Shown here: in pieces, positions 12,137 through 25,256 of the stretch | Layout: every line of letters starts with the position of its first letter | How positions within the stretch are numbered: position 1 is the first letter of the stretch | Origin: Octopus vulgaris | Taxonomy: Eukaryota | NCBI GenBank assembly: GCA_951406725.2 | Contig: OX597822.1 | Coordinates: 34,286,001 to 34,350,000 of the forward strand | Length of the DNA stretch: 64,000 nucleotides | Direction of reading: 5' to 3' | Notes under the pieces: generated by a model | Databases searched by the model: none | What the model was told of the DNA's origin: nothing | The model's input: the letters and a program-made list of their open reading frames with translations, nothing else | Made by a program: the position numbers and the translations under genes

Positions 12137-12774
12137 CAATAGTGGATCCTGCAAACATAATAAATACACAGGTAATTAAAGAAATAGAAATGAATATCTA
12201 TATGTGTATATATGTGTGTATATATGTATATATATGTATATGTATATGTATATGTATGTATATATATATATGTATATGTATATTCTTTTTTTTTTCGATT
12301 AGATTTATTATTATTATTACTAATATTGTTGTTATACATACATACAAGCATATGTAATGATAATAATGGGTGGATGTAAACACATGAACAAAATTAGAAC
12401 AAAAGCAACAACAACAAAAACAAAATACAAATTACAAGAATGTATATAACCAGAAGATACAAATATTACAGGCATCCCCCCCACACACACTAAATAAACA
12501 TAGACGCACATAGAGATATAAGCATGCGCAAATGAAGACATACAATAGAAATACAAAATGGCTGACGGTTAGTAAGGAGAGACACAAGTAAGTGAGAAGA
12601 AAACAAAGGACCACTGATGCGGTCACAGGAGTGTGACGAAAGAACTTTGGCCGAAATAAGATTAAGATTAATGTAAAAAATAAATATCACTGAAGCAAAA
12701 TAACACCAAATATATAGTGCGTGTGTTTTTATTGGCTAAACTGGCAATATGACCATTCCGAAATATAACAATAT
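11516..12774 (+). repeat. Right arm of the inverted repeat (thumb/linker, GIY-YIG, 3' UTR/pLTR)
   Basis: Reverse complement of 7892-9150. Confidence 0.95.
12608..12652 (+). ncRNA. Atypical minimal type I hammerhead-like motif in the PLE 3' UTR
   Basis: ggacca-CUGAUGCG-gucac(aggagu)gugac-GAAAG(aa)CUU-uggcc; A9 is replaced and there is one extra core nucleotide. Confidence 0.55.
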
Positions 12775-13487
12775 ATAAATAAATATATATATAAATGAAT
12801 ATATATATATATAAATAAATATATATAGATAGTGTAAAAACTACTTACAGGTATACCATGGTGATGCATACGGGAAATAGCCTGGCGATTCGATTCGTCC
12901 CTCTGCACAAAACCTTGCAAAAATGTCTTCTACTAAAGCTCCAACAGAACCAATGCCTTGTGAGTGAATTTGGTTGACAAAATTTGTGTGGAAGCCCGTA
13001 TGTTTGTGTGTGCACGTGTGTACGTGTGTACGTGTGTGTGTATATGTGTGTATATTTATGTATGCGTGTGTGTCTTTGTATTTATACCCCACCATCTTTT
13101 GATTACCTTTATTTTACCGCACAAATAAATTTTCATGTTGGTCATAAATCAAAAATTTGCAACAACAAAGTCGACACTATGGAAACAATAATTCTGTAGC
13201 TTTCAGAAATAGTTAATTAAAAAGACTCTGTAATTAAGCTTGCCAAGACAGGAGAAAATATACACACTTGATTCATATCGCTTGTTAAAATACAAAAGGA
13301 AAGAAAAGAAGAAGAAAATAAAACGAATGAAGCAAAAGCACAACGATACTGACTGCACGTAATAAGAGTTGCCTAAACAGTTAGAGATAACAAGCACACG
13401 GTTTATGTCTTGACAATCACCGTGTCACTCTCCGTCTAAAACTGGCGCTTATGATGTCTAATATCGTTTAGAGTACATTCGCTTGAC

Positions 13488-13897
13488 GGATCTTTTCGGT
13501 TTGAACAGTAGTTTTTTCTAGCGGTGTCATATGAAATTGTCACCCATAATTATGACTCTAGTATCGATCTATTGCATTTCAATCTGTTTTAGGGTTAAAG
13601 GTGGGGGAAGGGTATCTTTTTTTTTCAGAAATGTAAATAAATCCAATTTGTTTCTTAAAAGAGGGACATATTCATACAGCACAGAATGTTTTCACCTCAA
13701 TAGACGTCGTTGATTGGTTGAAATTGCAGAAATTGAAGAAAAAACCCAACTAATATCATACAAACTATAGAATTTTCTCAATAAAGCCAAGAGAAAAAGA
13801 TGTTTTATAAACACATTCTACCAGTATACGAAGATTAAAAGTGTTTAGTTACGAGGAAATTATTTTTAAAAAACTGACGTTCAAACCGAAAAGATCC
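13488..13897. mobile_element. MITE with GG-starting TIRs and 8-bp TSD (Merlin- or MULE-like)
   Basis: TIR ggatcttttcggtttgaac / gttcaaaccgaaaagatcc; TSD cgcttgac at 13480-13487 and 13898-13905. Confidence 0.88.
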
Positions 13898-14024
13898 CGC
13901 TTGACTATAACATTTCTATTTCTATAAAATTTAGTTTTGTTTACATAAAAACAACTATTTGTTTCTTTCTGATTTCGATTAAATAAAAATGAAACTTTGT
14001 ATTTTAGGGATACTACTTCGGCAA

Positions 14025-14318
14025 CTGTGGAGGCACATGGCCTCGTGGATAGAGCAGCGGACTCGTGGTCGAGGGATCGCGGGTTCGAATCTTAGACCGG
14101 GCCATGTGTGTGTTTATGAGCGAAACACCTAAGCTCCACGCGGCTCCAGCAGAAGGTAATGGCAAACTTCTGCTGACTCTTTCGCCACAATTTTCTCTCA
14201 CTCTTTCCTCCTGCATCTTGCAGCTCACTTACGACAGACCGGCGTCCCTTCCAGGTGAGGAACCTATAAGCCAAGGAGACCGGCCCTAATGAGCCGAGCA
14301 TGGCTCGAGAAGGAACAA
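14025..14318 (+). mobile_element. tRNA-derived SINE, family C
   Basis: tRNA-like head; TSD acttcggcaa (14015-14024, 14319-14328). Confidence 0.8.
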
Positions 14319-15999
14319 ACTTCGGCAATTCAGTGAAGTCTATTCTTCACTGAGGAGGTCTAAATAGACTAAAACATATACAGTGTTGTCTCTCGCATCG
14401 CTGAAATGATTAAAATAATGTTAATAATTGATCTACTGCTACCACTTTTACTGTTAATTATAATGTTCAATACAGCAAACACGTTATCAATTAGTTTAAC
14501 CTTTTACCAACCTATATATATATATATTTTGCTTACCGCAAAATATTCTTAATAGAAGCCGTTGATTTTCTTCACAATATTATTGTCTTCTGTATTTCAT
14601 CCGATTCAGTAATGTAATTACTAAATTAATAGTATGTTTGAAACGAAATTTTCTAAAACTACATTTTATATATATAATCTAGTTAGATATTTAGTAATGT
14701 TTCATAATGTTAATTAGCTATACAGAATTACTTTTCTAAATCCGAAATAATTAGAAATAATTGACTGCAAGGAATATTCTCTCGAAAAGTTTCCTGAGTC
14801 AATTCAATTTGAATAATATGAAATAATAGAGGGAAAAGAAAAAGAGATCACAGCTAAGAGATAAACCCCCTCTTAAAAGATAATACAAATTTATTATCAC
14901 TATTCCGTAGACATATATTAAAGTTAATACATCTTGAAGCTGTAAACTTCGAAAATCAACAAGCAGAGTTATAATGCAAAATAAATTGTTGAAGATTAAG
15001 CCAACAAAATCAATTACCTTCTAATGATTGCTTTTTCTATTGTAGCATAAAATATAACAGTGACAATTGCCGTTTAGATGTGAAATGTCTTATTTGATTA
15101 GCTCTACCGATGACATTTCTCTTAACAACAGGATTGCGGGCTACTAAAGATAAATTATATATATAAAAAATATATATAATTACAAAGAGAAAATAATATA
15201 AATATAAACCACGAAGATAATAAAAAAAACAGAAAAAAACAACCCCGCATACACATAAACAACAAATAAGCAGATTGTATTTCGATGGACAAATAATTAC
15301 CTTGGCTGTGTTCCAATAAGCTGCATTGATTGATAAGCGGACACAAACTCGAGTGATTTTGGTTTTTGAGAGTGTTAGCGGAAGATAGCGATTTATTGCT
15401 ACAGGATATTCGGAAGAGATGAGATAGCATATCGTTGAATGTGATGATGCTTTTCCTTTGGGCCCCCATCTCCTTGAGAGGAACCGTCATGACATATGGC
15501 ATTTTCAAATCTGATGGAATCCAGAATCTTCTCCAGGTCTGACTAGAAGACATTGACAAGTAAGAGAGAAAAACAGACAGATAAAAAGAAAGGGTGAAAA
15601 AAGAGAAGAATCGTTCCAATTTTAGTATATGTACTGCCCGACCCCTGATACTGTATGTATTGATCTCCAAATGAATGAAAGACAAAGTTAGCTTCGGTAG
15701 GATTTGAACCGAGAACAGGGAGTGAGAACGATTATCGTAATGTAATCTCAACGGCATTGACAATTACACTAATTGCTTGCCTGTCCCATTGGGAACCTGG
15801 GTGAAGGAAATAACAAATCCATGTTGTTGTTCGTATTGCTGCTTGTAATAGGTCAACTGTAATTAAGCAGACCTACGATCAATGACATCCCACCCATGGC
15901 GAGACTGTTTTCAAAGGCTATGTAGTAATACAGTATTTGATGATATATAAGACGCACTTTTTCTAAACATTTCTCAAAATATATGAGTATGTATATATG

Positions 16000-16098
<99 letters not shown>

Positions 16099-16105
16099 TG
16101 TGTGT

Positions 16106-16145
<40 letters not shown>

Positions 16146-16169
16146 ACTTTAAATAAATTAGAAAAAATA

Positions 16170-16225
<56 letters not shown>

Positions 16226-16227
16226 CT

Positions 16228-16384
16228 TCTGTGTTCAAATTCCGCCGAGGTCGACTTTGCCTTTCATCCTTTCGGGGTCGATAAATTAAGTACCAGTTAC
16301 GCACTGAGATCGATGTAATCGACTTAATACGTTTTTCTGTCCTTGTTTGTCCCCTCTGTGTTTAGCCCCTTGTGGGTAGTAAAG

Positions 16385-16388
<4 letters not shown>
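16228..16388 (+). mobile_element. 5'-truncated SINE family A in (TA)n
   Basis: gttcaaattccgccgaggtcgactttgcctttcatcctttcggggtcgat...gtagtaaagaaat. Confidence 0.8.
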
Positions 16389-16469
<81 letters not shown>

Positions 16470-16971
16470 TCATTAAAAAACCACATTGTTTCCAGTTAGT
16501 TAAAGAGCTGATTTACAGAGGGAGTAATGGGTGTTGGAGAGACGACTGTATGGAATACTACGAAACCATCACACCAGCTGGTTGAAATAGCAGAATACAA
16601 GTTTACGAAAAAGCCATTACATAGGTACTCTACTTGCTAGAGATAACAACCGAATATAAACCCGCTGAAATCTCTTCTATACTTCCAAATTTTGGTAGAA
16701 GGCCAGTAATTTCGGGGGAGAGTCAACTGGTACTTATTTTATCCACTACGAAAAGATGAAATGCAAATTTGACCTCAGAACATAATTACGGACGAAATGT
16801 TGCTAAGCGTTCTATTCGGCCGCGGTAACGGTTCTGCCAGCTCACTTCCTTACCCTACTATACTAAATAAAGATATGATATTGGTTTCATCTTTTAGTAA
16901 AAGGCCAGCAATTTTGGCGGAGAAGGTAAGGCGACCACAATACTTAGCTGATGCTTATTTTATCGATATAA

Positions 16972-17385
16972 GTTAAGTTAATTTTTTGGCTCAAAAAGCA
17001 AAAAGCAAGGCCATGTAGGGGGACATGGAGTTATGTACAGGATGGTGTTCATGCAAAGAGTTCAGGCCATTTATGGTCACGGGAGACTTTGAACCGAGCG
17101 GTCGTCGGCATCTTCACTATCTCGTCCGGCAGCTTATTCCACGGATCCGCAACCCGGACGGAGAAAGCCCCTCTCCTTCGATTGAAATGAAATTGTCGCA
17201 GATAGAGCTTTTCGGAGTGACTCCACAGCCGACGCTCTGGAGCAGGAGTGAAGAACAGCTCTTTCGAGAGGTTACACTTTCCGCTTATGATGTTGTGAGC
17301 AAGAATGAGATCACCACGGCATCGTCGTTTTTCTAGAGAATAAAGGTCGAGCGTCTTCAGCCTTTCTTCATAAGACAAAATGCTT
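16972..17385 (-). mobile_element. CR1-group LINE 3' fragment
   Basis: YEERLKTLDLYSLEKRRCRGDLI...RRGAFSVRVADPWNKLP is the typical CR1 ORF2 C-terminus; short (aactt)n tail. Confidence 0.85.
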
Positions 17386-18325
17386 GAGACCAAGAACCAT
17401 GCGGGTAGCCAGCTTCTGGACTCTTTCGAGATGCTGTATGTCTTTGAGGAGATAAGGAGAAGAGGCTTGAATCCCGTAAAGTTCAAATTACCCCGGCAGT
17501 ATTTGAACTCAGAACGTATTGACGGATGAAATGCCGCAAAGCATTTTGCCCAGCAAATGAAAGATATACAGGGCTGGCCATAAGTCATCCGACAGTAAAT
17601 CAAGATTCCATAAATACTATCTGTAATTCTGTTTTGAATCAAATGCAAAAAATGTGTCGCTCAAGAAAGACTTCAGTTTGAACAATTTTCCTGATGTTTC
17701 ATATTTAGATGCTTTTATTAAATTCATTCAGTTGTTAAACATAAATAAATCTTGGAATTAAATGGTTTTGATTTACTGTCAGGTGACTTTTGGCCAAACC
17801 TGTAATACTGGACAGCGTTAGGAAAAAATATGATTATACGGCTGAGAATGTCTTGGAACATAGAATTACTTGATCTAGAGTTCAACAACAACAACAACAA
17901 CAACGATAACACGGAGAAAATATAATAATAAAGGTAGTAAAGATAAACAGAAGTACCGCAGCTCACAGACGAGTTACGTGTGAAAAATTCGTGTAAAAAG
18001 ATTGAAGGAGAGAATAAAAAACAAGAATTATTCGAAATTTTAATTCCTTATATATAGAATTTCCCATAGACTATTTACTCTGAATTATTCATTTCTCAAT
18101 TTTTATTCTTTAAACACGGGGAAAATGTATTTAATCCTATGGACATAAATATTGTTTTGTAGATGAGAAATAATCTTTTGAGATAAATGTGTGAGTTGCA
18201 GATTTTGAGATTTTTAATTTTTTACTTTACCGAATGTTTTAGTTTACCAAAGAGCAATAAGTCAAAATCATGTGTATGTATGTGTGTATGTCTATATGTG
18301 GCGTGATATACATGAATGTATGTGA

Positions 18326-18401
<76 letters not shown>

Positions 18402-18442
18402 ATATATATATAAATTCTTTCGTTACTTTTTATTATCATCGT

Positions 18443-18524
<82 letters not shown>

Positions 18525-18547
18525 CATATATATACATACATACATAC

Positions 18548-18601
<54 letters not shown>

Positions 18602-18786
18602 ATATATGGTTTTTGTCATTAATACACATACGCTCACACACACATACACATATACACATATTTACACAACTCTCTCTTCCTGCCTCTTTCACTATATGTA
18701 TATATGATTTTCGTCGATAATATACATACACAGTTATGATTTCGACTAATATGTATTGCGCGAATGTGTATGCGTGTATGCATTGT

Positions 18787-18818
<32 letters not shown>

Positions 18819-18857
18819 ACACACACAGATACACTCACATACATATATATATATGCA

Positions 18858-19215
18858 TAGGCGTATGCATGACTATGGGGAAAAGTTTGCATCTCAGCCA
18901 CAGTTCCACTGCGGTACATCTAAGAGCATATATCATCTACTATAGCCCCGGGCCGATCAAAGTCTTGCGAGAGGATTTGTTAGATGGAAACTGAGAGAAG
19001 CCTGTAAAATGTGTATGTGTGTGTGTGCGTGCGCGTTGTCTATGTCTTTTCCGCCCATCGCTTGACAGTTGATGTTTGGATATTAACGTAAATGTAACCT
19101 AGCGGTTCGAGAAATGAAATACGATAGAATAAGTACCTGGCTAAATGATCTTCTAGGCGGTGCTTCAGTATGGCCGCAGACAAATGATTGAAATAAATAA
19201 AAAATAAAAGAAAGA
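18858..19215 (+). mobile_element. SINE family B, diverged
   Basis: ctactatagccccgggccga..., cgatagaataagtac and ggcggtgct motifs. Confidence 0.65.
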
Positions 19216-19299
19216 TAAAATATCTATCTATCAGTCTGTCTGTCTGTCTGTCTGTCTGTCTGGCTATCTATCTGTCTGTCTGTCTATCAATGTATCTAA

Positions 19300-20160
19300 C
19301 TGACTGCCTCAAAAAATGGCCGAGGAAGGGCGAATGGCACCGCGAGTGTCGCGTTGCCGTCGAGCAACTTTGCCGCCCCGAGTCGACCACGAGCGACTAC
19401 AACACGACCAATGCGTTCTATAGGAGATTAGTGGAGGGGAGGTACGACGACGATCTCGGGGTGAACCTGGGCATCGACAAGGAATACCTGACCCACCTGT
19501 TCAAGATGACTTTCGAGCCGGGAGCTGTGGACAACTTCCAAAGATCCCTGGCCTGGCAGTGCTACCGAGAAGCGCTACACGTTCGAGATAAGCTCTACAG
19601 GCTTGGCTCGAGAAACATGGGGGCAACCTGCCCGAGATGCGGTCGGCGACGAAACCGCTCTGCACGTACTCGTACAGTGTCCAACCATTTCCGACCTGTG
19701 GTGAATCTCTCATCAATTTCTTCAAGAATCACTTGAAGAGGAAGGTGAGAGTAGAGAGAGAAGTTTTGTCTAGTGAATGCTTCAATAAAAGATGGGTGAA
19801 TGTAGCAAGGATGGCACGTGTGAATGACGGAGTCACGGTGAGCATAATCCTATGAACCAGAAAAAGAAAGGAAAAAAGCGAGTCACTTACTGTAATGTGT
19901 TTTTTGCAGGACATTATTGCCCGAGGTTACTATGGTCTTTTCCGTAGACTTTTCTTTCCATGGATAAACCTAATCTGTTTCCCATTTTACATTTGACATT
20001 TCTATAATACACAATCTCTATTTATCGGCCCCACCCTTTTTTTACGATCCCTTTTGATCGAAATTCTACCCACTTTTATTTCTTTCCTTCCCAAAAAGAA
20101 AAGCTCTACTTTGTATTTTACCCCCTCTGTGTTCAGCCCTGTGTGGCCAATGAAGAAACA
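19300..20160 (+). mobile_element. Tx1/L1-group LINE 3' fragment between (TATC)n tracts
   Basis: DNFQRSLAWQCYREALHVRDKLYR...CPRCG, with frameshifted ET..H....C zinc knuckle; 3' UTR ends at (TATC)n. Confidence 0.7.
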
Positions 20161-20410
20161 TATCTATCTATGTATTCACATCCGTCTTGGGCGTTCACAT
20201 TCCTGTCTTCTACCAAGAAATCTAATGCGTACAGCTTAGTTTTTTTTCTTGGGGCTGGCCGAGTTGGAGCAAATATCAGAATTGAACAGCCGAAATTTGC
20301 TATGATGATTCGGTGTCTGACTGAAGATTGAAGGCTTCGAATGATTTGTCTGTGTTCCGTGTTCGTCCCTTCCTGTATTTCACGTTCATTATATATAAAA
20401 ACATTCATTC

Positions 20411-20493
<83 letters not shown>

Positions 20494-20586
20494 GCTATCT
20501 ATTTATCTATCTATATATCTATCTTTCCTTCTGTTTGTCTGTCTGTCTGTCTGTCTATCTATTATGATTTTGATTTTTGTATATAT

Positions 20587-21692
20587 TGTTACGGGTTTAA
20601 CTAGTGCAGTATTTCTGACCCACATCGTGGGTGTGGCGCCGGCATGTCTGGTAAAGGAACTGACAGGTTCTTTGTTTAGTGGGAGACTGATGAGTTTTGG
20701 AAGGACCTGTGACCTCGTGCGGTTGAGAAAAGGGTCAGGAGAATGTGAGAGAGGAGGACAGATTAAGGGCTGAGAGCAAATAGAGATAGAGTATAAGACT
20801 AAGGGACAGATAGAGAGGAAGAGTCTGGCGGGCGATAGAGATAGGCAGTAAGATCAGAGAGCAGATAGAGAGGCTAAGGGACAGTAGGCGATATAGATAG
20901 AGTAAGGAATGAGATAGCAAATAGAAAGGCTATAAGAGGGAGATGAGGGAGTGGAAGCGAGGACAGAGACGAAGTGAGGTCTTGGAGTCGTTGAGCGGTC
21001 GTCGAGGAACACAGACGGATCTTGGAGTCGCTGGCCGGTAGATGGAATCTTAGAAGCGTTGGAATCTTAGCGAGCAAGCTGGGATGCGAGAAAGCTTGGC
21101 GGCACAGAAGGGATATGTACAGAGGATTTAGCAGTATTGAGAGGAATGGGACACTGGCGATTCAATTAGGAATTGAGGTATGTGTTTGTGCATTGATACG
21201 TGTCACGATGTATTGAACATTGGAAAGAACAGTCAAGGACTTGTCGATATGTCGATTATCGAGTTGTGGTATTTATGTTCAGAATTGAGTAAAGGACTTG
21301 TTGATGTGACTTTATCTGTGATGTTTAGAAAGAGACTTTAAAGAACTGTTGTCTTCGGACGTGAACTTTGAATTGTACTCTTGAATTGCTGTTGTATTAT
21401 GCTTTGATCTGTTGTATGATGTATTGAGTAGTCACGTGCATGTCTTCCTTTAAATGTCTGCCTTAAATGTATTTGATGTTGTAACCATTGATTGTCGTAT
21501 AAACTGTTGTTAAATATAAGCCAGTGTCTCTGTTGCCTCTGTGCCTCTTTTGGGTGTCTCTCTGGGTTGTGCCTCTGTATCTCTGTGCTGCTGCGGTTGT
21601 GGTTGTTGTTGTATCTCTCCTCTCCTCCTCTCTTTGGGTTCCGTGGCGAGATTGTGCCGTTCAGGCGAGCGACGACGGGTGATTCCGTAACA
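20587..21692. mobile_element. Solo LTR (gypsy-like)
   Basis: Termini TGTTACGG...CCGTAACA, 4-bp ATAT on each side, 1.1 kb, no convincing coding. Confidence 0.7.
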
Positions 21693-22671
21693 ATATGTTT
21701 GTTTGTATGTACGAGCGTGTGAGCGTATATATGTAAGTGAATACATATAAACTCATTTTTGTGTATTTATGTGTTTGTATATATATATATATATGTTAGC
21801 ATGTGTGTGTGCGTGAGTATTCACACACACATATATATATATATATATATGTATATGTACGAACTTCTCATAATATACGTTCGTGCTTACTCCTGACTTT
21901 GATCCAAAAGAATTAAAAGACAATGGTACTTAGAAACAGAAATGCCAATAGAGTAAGTAAACAAGTCCTGTAAACGATCTTACATCCGGAGACAAGTAGA
22001 GATTAAGAACTACAATTACAAAAAATTGTTCACACACACACACACACACACACATATCATCACACAGCTTATATATATAAATATATATATATAAATATAT
22101 ATATATAATATATATATATGTGTGTATAATATACATAGGCACATACACATATATAGGTATACGTTTGTTTATAATATTTTGTGGCTTATCTACATATGTA
22201 TGTATGCATATATACACACACACATATATATATGTACATATGTACATATATATGTATATTTATATACATCTGTTTGTATGTGGCTGTATAGTTGTGTGTA
22301 TATATATTGTGTTACACACACACACACACACACACCACCACCACCACATATATGTAATATGTATATTTTGGAAGTGGATTTCCGTTGGAGCGCTTTCAGT
22401 TGCTATATTTTCTGAATTTTCTGTACTTGATTTTAAAGAAATTTTTGAAGTACACGTACAATCAACTGAAGTCTATGGCAAATGGCATTTGTCCAAGACG
22501 CCATTTTGTGTATATACCTATTATATATAATCAGTATGTAATGTAACAGATTATTAATATCAACAGTATGGATGAGGGGGAATACTCTGGGCAAGTGTTT
22601 ACAATATTAAACATAAATACGTTTGGCTCTCGCAGAATTTTCTCTCATTTATAATGTAATTTATAAAATCC

Positions 22672-23273
22672 AAGGCGGCGAGCTGGCAGAAACGTTAGCA
22701 CTCCGGGCGAAATGCCTAGCGGTATTTCGTTTGCGGTTACGTTCAGAGTTCAAATTCCGCCGAGGTCGACTTTACCTTTCATCCCTTTCGGGGTCGATAA
22801 ATTAAGTACTACTTACGCACTGGGGTCGATATAATCGACTAAATCCGTCTGTCTGTCCTTGTTTGTTCTCTCGTCGTTTAGCCTCTTGTGGGCAGTAAAG
22901 AAATAGGTATTTCGTCTGCGGTTACGTTCTGAGTTCAATTTCCGCCGAGGTCGACTTACCCTTTCATCCATTCGGGGTCGATTAAATAAGTACCAGTTAC
23001 GTACTGGGGTAGATATAATCGACTTAATCCGTCTGTCTGTCCTTGTTTGTTCTCTCGTCGTTTAGCCTCTTGTGGGCAGTAAAGAAATAGGTATTTCGTC
23101 TGCGGTTACGTTCTGAGTTCAAATTCCGCCGAGGTCGACTTACCCTTTCATCCATTCGGGGTCGATTAAATAAGTACCAGTTACGTACTGGGGTAGATAT
23201 AATCGACTTAATCCGTTTGTCTGTCCTTGTTTGTCCTGTCTGTGTTTAGCCCCCTGTGGGCAATAAATAAATA
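22672..23273 (+). mobile_element. SINE family A trimer
   Basis: One head plus three body units starting ggtatttcgt at 22721, 22906 and 23090; long TSD tataatgtaatttataaaatcc. Confidence 0.9.
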
Positions 23274-23624
23274 TATAATGTAATTTATAAAATCCAACTG
23301 TCAGAGAGTTCTTTATTTCGATCTCACTTCATCTCATATGAGAATCACAAGAAAGGGCTGTTATAATATTTTAAGAGTGATAATTATAAGTGGACATCTC
23401 CACTGTTACTGCTGAGAATTGGATTAACGAAACCATAAAATATTAAATGTTAATGTTACCATCAGACAGTGTAATTAGAGTTTTAATGAAAATTTGAATT
23501 CATTTGAGGTTTAGCTTCTTAACTGTTATATAAACAATTGAAATACTAATATATATATATTAACACACGATTACTTATATAAGATTAACTATGATTAGGT
23601 ATTTTAAGATCTTTGTAATCAGTA

Positions 23625-24037
23625 TTCTTTTACTTGTTTCAGTCATTTGACTGTGGCCATGCTGAGGCACCGCCTTTAGTCGAGCAAATCGACCTCAGGA
23701 CTTCTTCTTTGTAAGCCTAGTACTTATTCTATCGGTCTCTTTTGTCGAACCGCTAAGTAACGGGGACGTAAACACACTAGCATTGGTTGTCAAGCGATGT
23801 TGGGGGGGGGACAAACACAGGCACACAAACACACACACACACGCACACACACTCACACACACAAACACACACATATAGATATATACGACGGGCTTCTTTC
23901 AGTTTCCGTCTACTAAATCCACTCACAAGCCTTTGGCTGTAGTAGAAGACACTTGCCCAAGGTGCCACGCAGTAGGTCTGAACCCGGAACCATGTGGTTC
24001 GCAAGTAGGCTACTTACCACGCAACCACTCCTACGCC
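23625..24037 (-). mobile_element. SINE family B
   Basis: Full-length reverse match to 40371-40770. Confidence 0.85.
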
Positions 24038-24171
24038 TAGAAAATATAGCAACTGAAACCGTTCCAACGGACATCCACCTCCAATATATACATATATGTC
24101 GTGGTGGTGGTGTGTGTGTGTAACACAATATGTATACACACAACTATATACCCACATACACATAGATGTAT

Positions 24172-24267
<96 letters not shown>

Positions 24268-24410
24268 AGAAAAATATATACACTATGTATAGAATCTTCG
24301 ATGTAATATTCGGATTTCTAATCCCGCCAAGATTTATCTAGCAATGATTATCTCTCTGGCAATAAGTGGCCGTCAGTGCACACCATGTGTGTAATATAGA
24401 AATGTAGTGG

Positions 24411-24595
24411 AAGGTGGCGAGCACGCAGAATCGTTTGCACGCCAGGCAAAATGCTTAGCGGCATTTCGTCCGTCTTTACGTTCTGAGTTCAAATTCCACC
24501 GTGGTCGACTTTGCCTTTCATCCTTTCAGTATTGATGTAATCGACTTACCCACCTCCCCCAAAATTGCTGGCCTTGTGACAAAATTTTAAACCAA
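24411..24595 (+). mobile_element. SINE family A, alternative tail
   Basis: aaggtggcgagc...gagttcaaattccacc...gcctttcatcc. Confidence 0.75.
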
Positions 24596-24644
24596 TAGAG
24601 AAATGTAATGGCTTGATGGAAGTAGTTTCATGATCTTTTGTCGT

Positions 24645-25006
24645 ACTTACAACATTTGTGGGAGTATAGAGGAACGTTGCACAACTTATATGTTGTACTC
24701 ATCTTGGGGACCTGGTTGCCATGTTTGCAACAACATGAAGTCTTCTGTAGCTACTCAAGGACCGGACGATAACGTTCAAATTGAGTGACAGAATAGCTCA
24801 ATAATGCCAACCTCTGTGAAGCAGAAGTTAAAATAATTGCTTTTCCTGTTGCTCTTCTCAATTAGTATGGACACATTGCATTCCCTGCTTGTGTCATTTA
24901 TGTTCAGTACTCGCCTGCTAAATCCACTTTAATCCCTACGCCTGATCCTTCCTCCATGGTGTTGGCCCTTTTGTAATTCCCTCCTTGCACGCATGTATAC
25001 CTGTGC
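24645..25006 (-). pseudogene. Possible piggyBac transposase C-terminal remnant
   Basis: Minus frame CCCKHG...STTYKLCNVPLYSHKC resembles the piggyBac Cys-rich domain; KYRTGI upstream. Heavily decayed. Confidence 0.35.
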
Positions 25007-25020
25007 GGTACTTTAAACAC

Positions 25021-25256
25021 TTTAAGACGGCGAGCTGGCAGAAACGTTAGCACGCCGGGCGAAATGCTTAGCGGTATTTCGTCTGCCGCTACGTTCTGAG
25101 TTCAAATTCCGCCGAGGTCGACTTTGCCTTTCATCCTTTCGGGGTGGATTAATTAAGTACCAGTTACGCACTGGGGTCGATGTAATCGACTTAATACCTA
25201 TGTCTGTCCTTGTTTGTCCTCTCTGTGTTTAGCCCCTTGTGGGTAATAAAGAAATA
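25021..25256 (+). mobile_element. SINE family A monomer
   Basis: Full head and body; 14-bp TSD ggtactttaaacac (25007-25020, 25257-25270). Confidence 0.9.

Larger units (their letters stand above)
7846..12774 (+). mobile_element. Penelope-like retroelement with inverted pseudo-LTR, inserted in (TA)n-rich DNA
   Basis: RT+GIY-YIG ORF; 7892-9150 is the reverse complement of 11516-12774; TA-rich flanks on both sides. Confidence 0.92.

Noticed and set aside
7846-12774. DNA transposon or Polinton with long TIRs
   Set aside because: The arms contain the element's own coding 3' end and are unequal at the termini; the protein is a PLE RT-GIY-YIG.
15155-15763. 202-aa minus-strand ORF
   Set aside because: No recognisable motifs, non-ATG start and low-complexity content.
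22672-23273. CRISPR-like or satellite array
   Set aside because: The units are SINE bodies without unique spacers, in a eukaryotic context.
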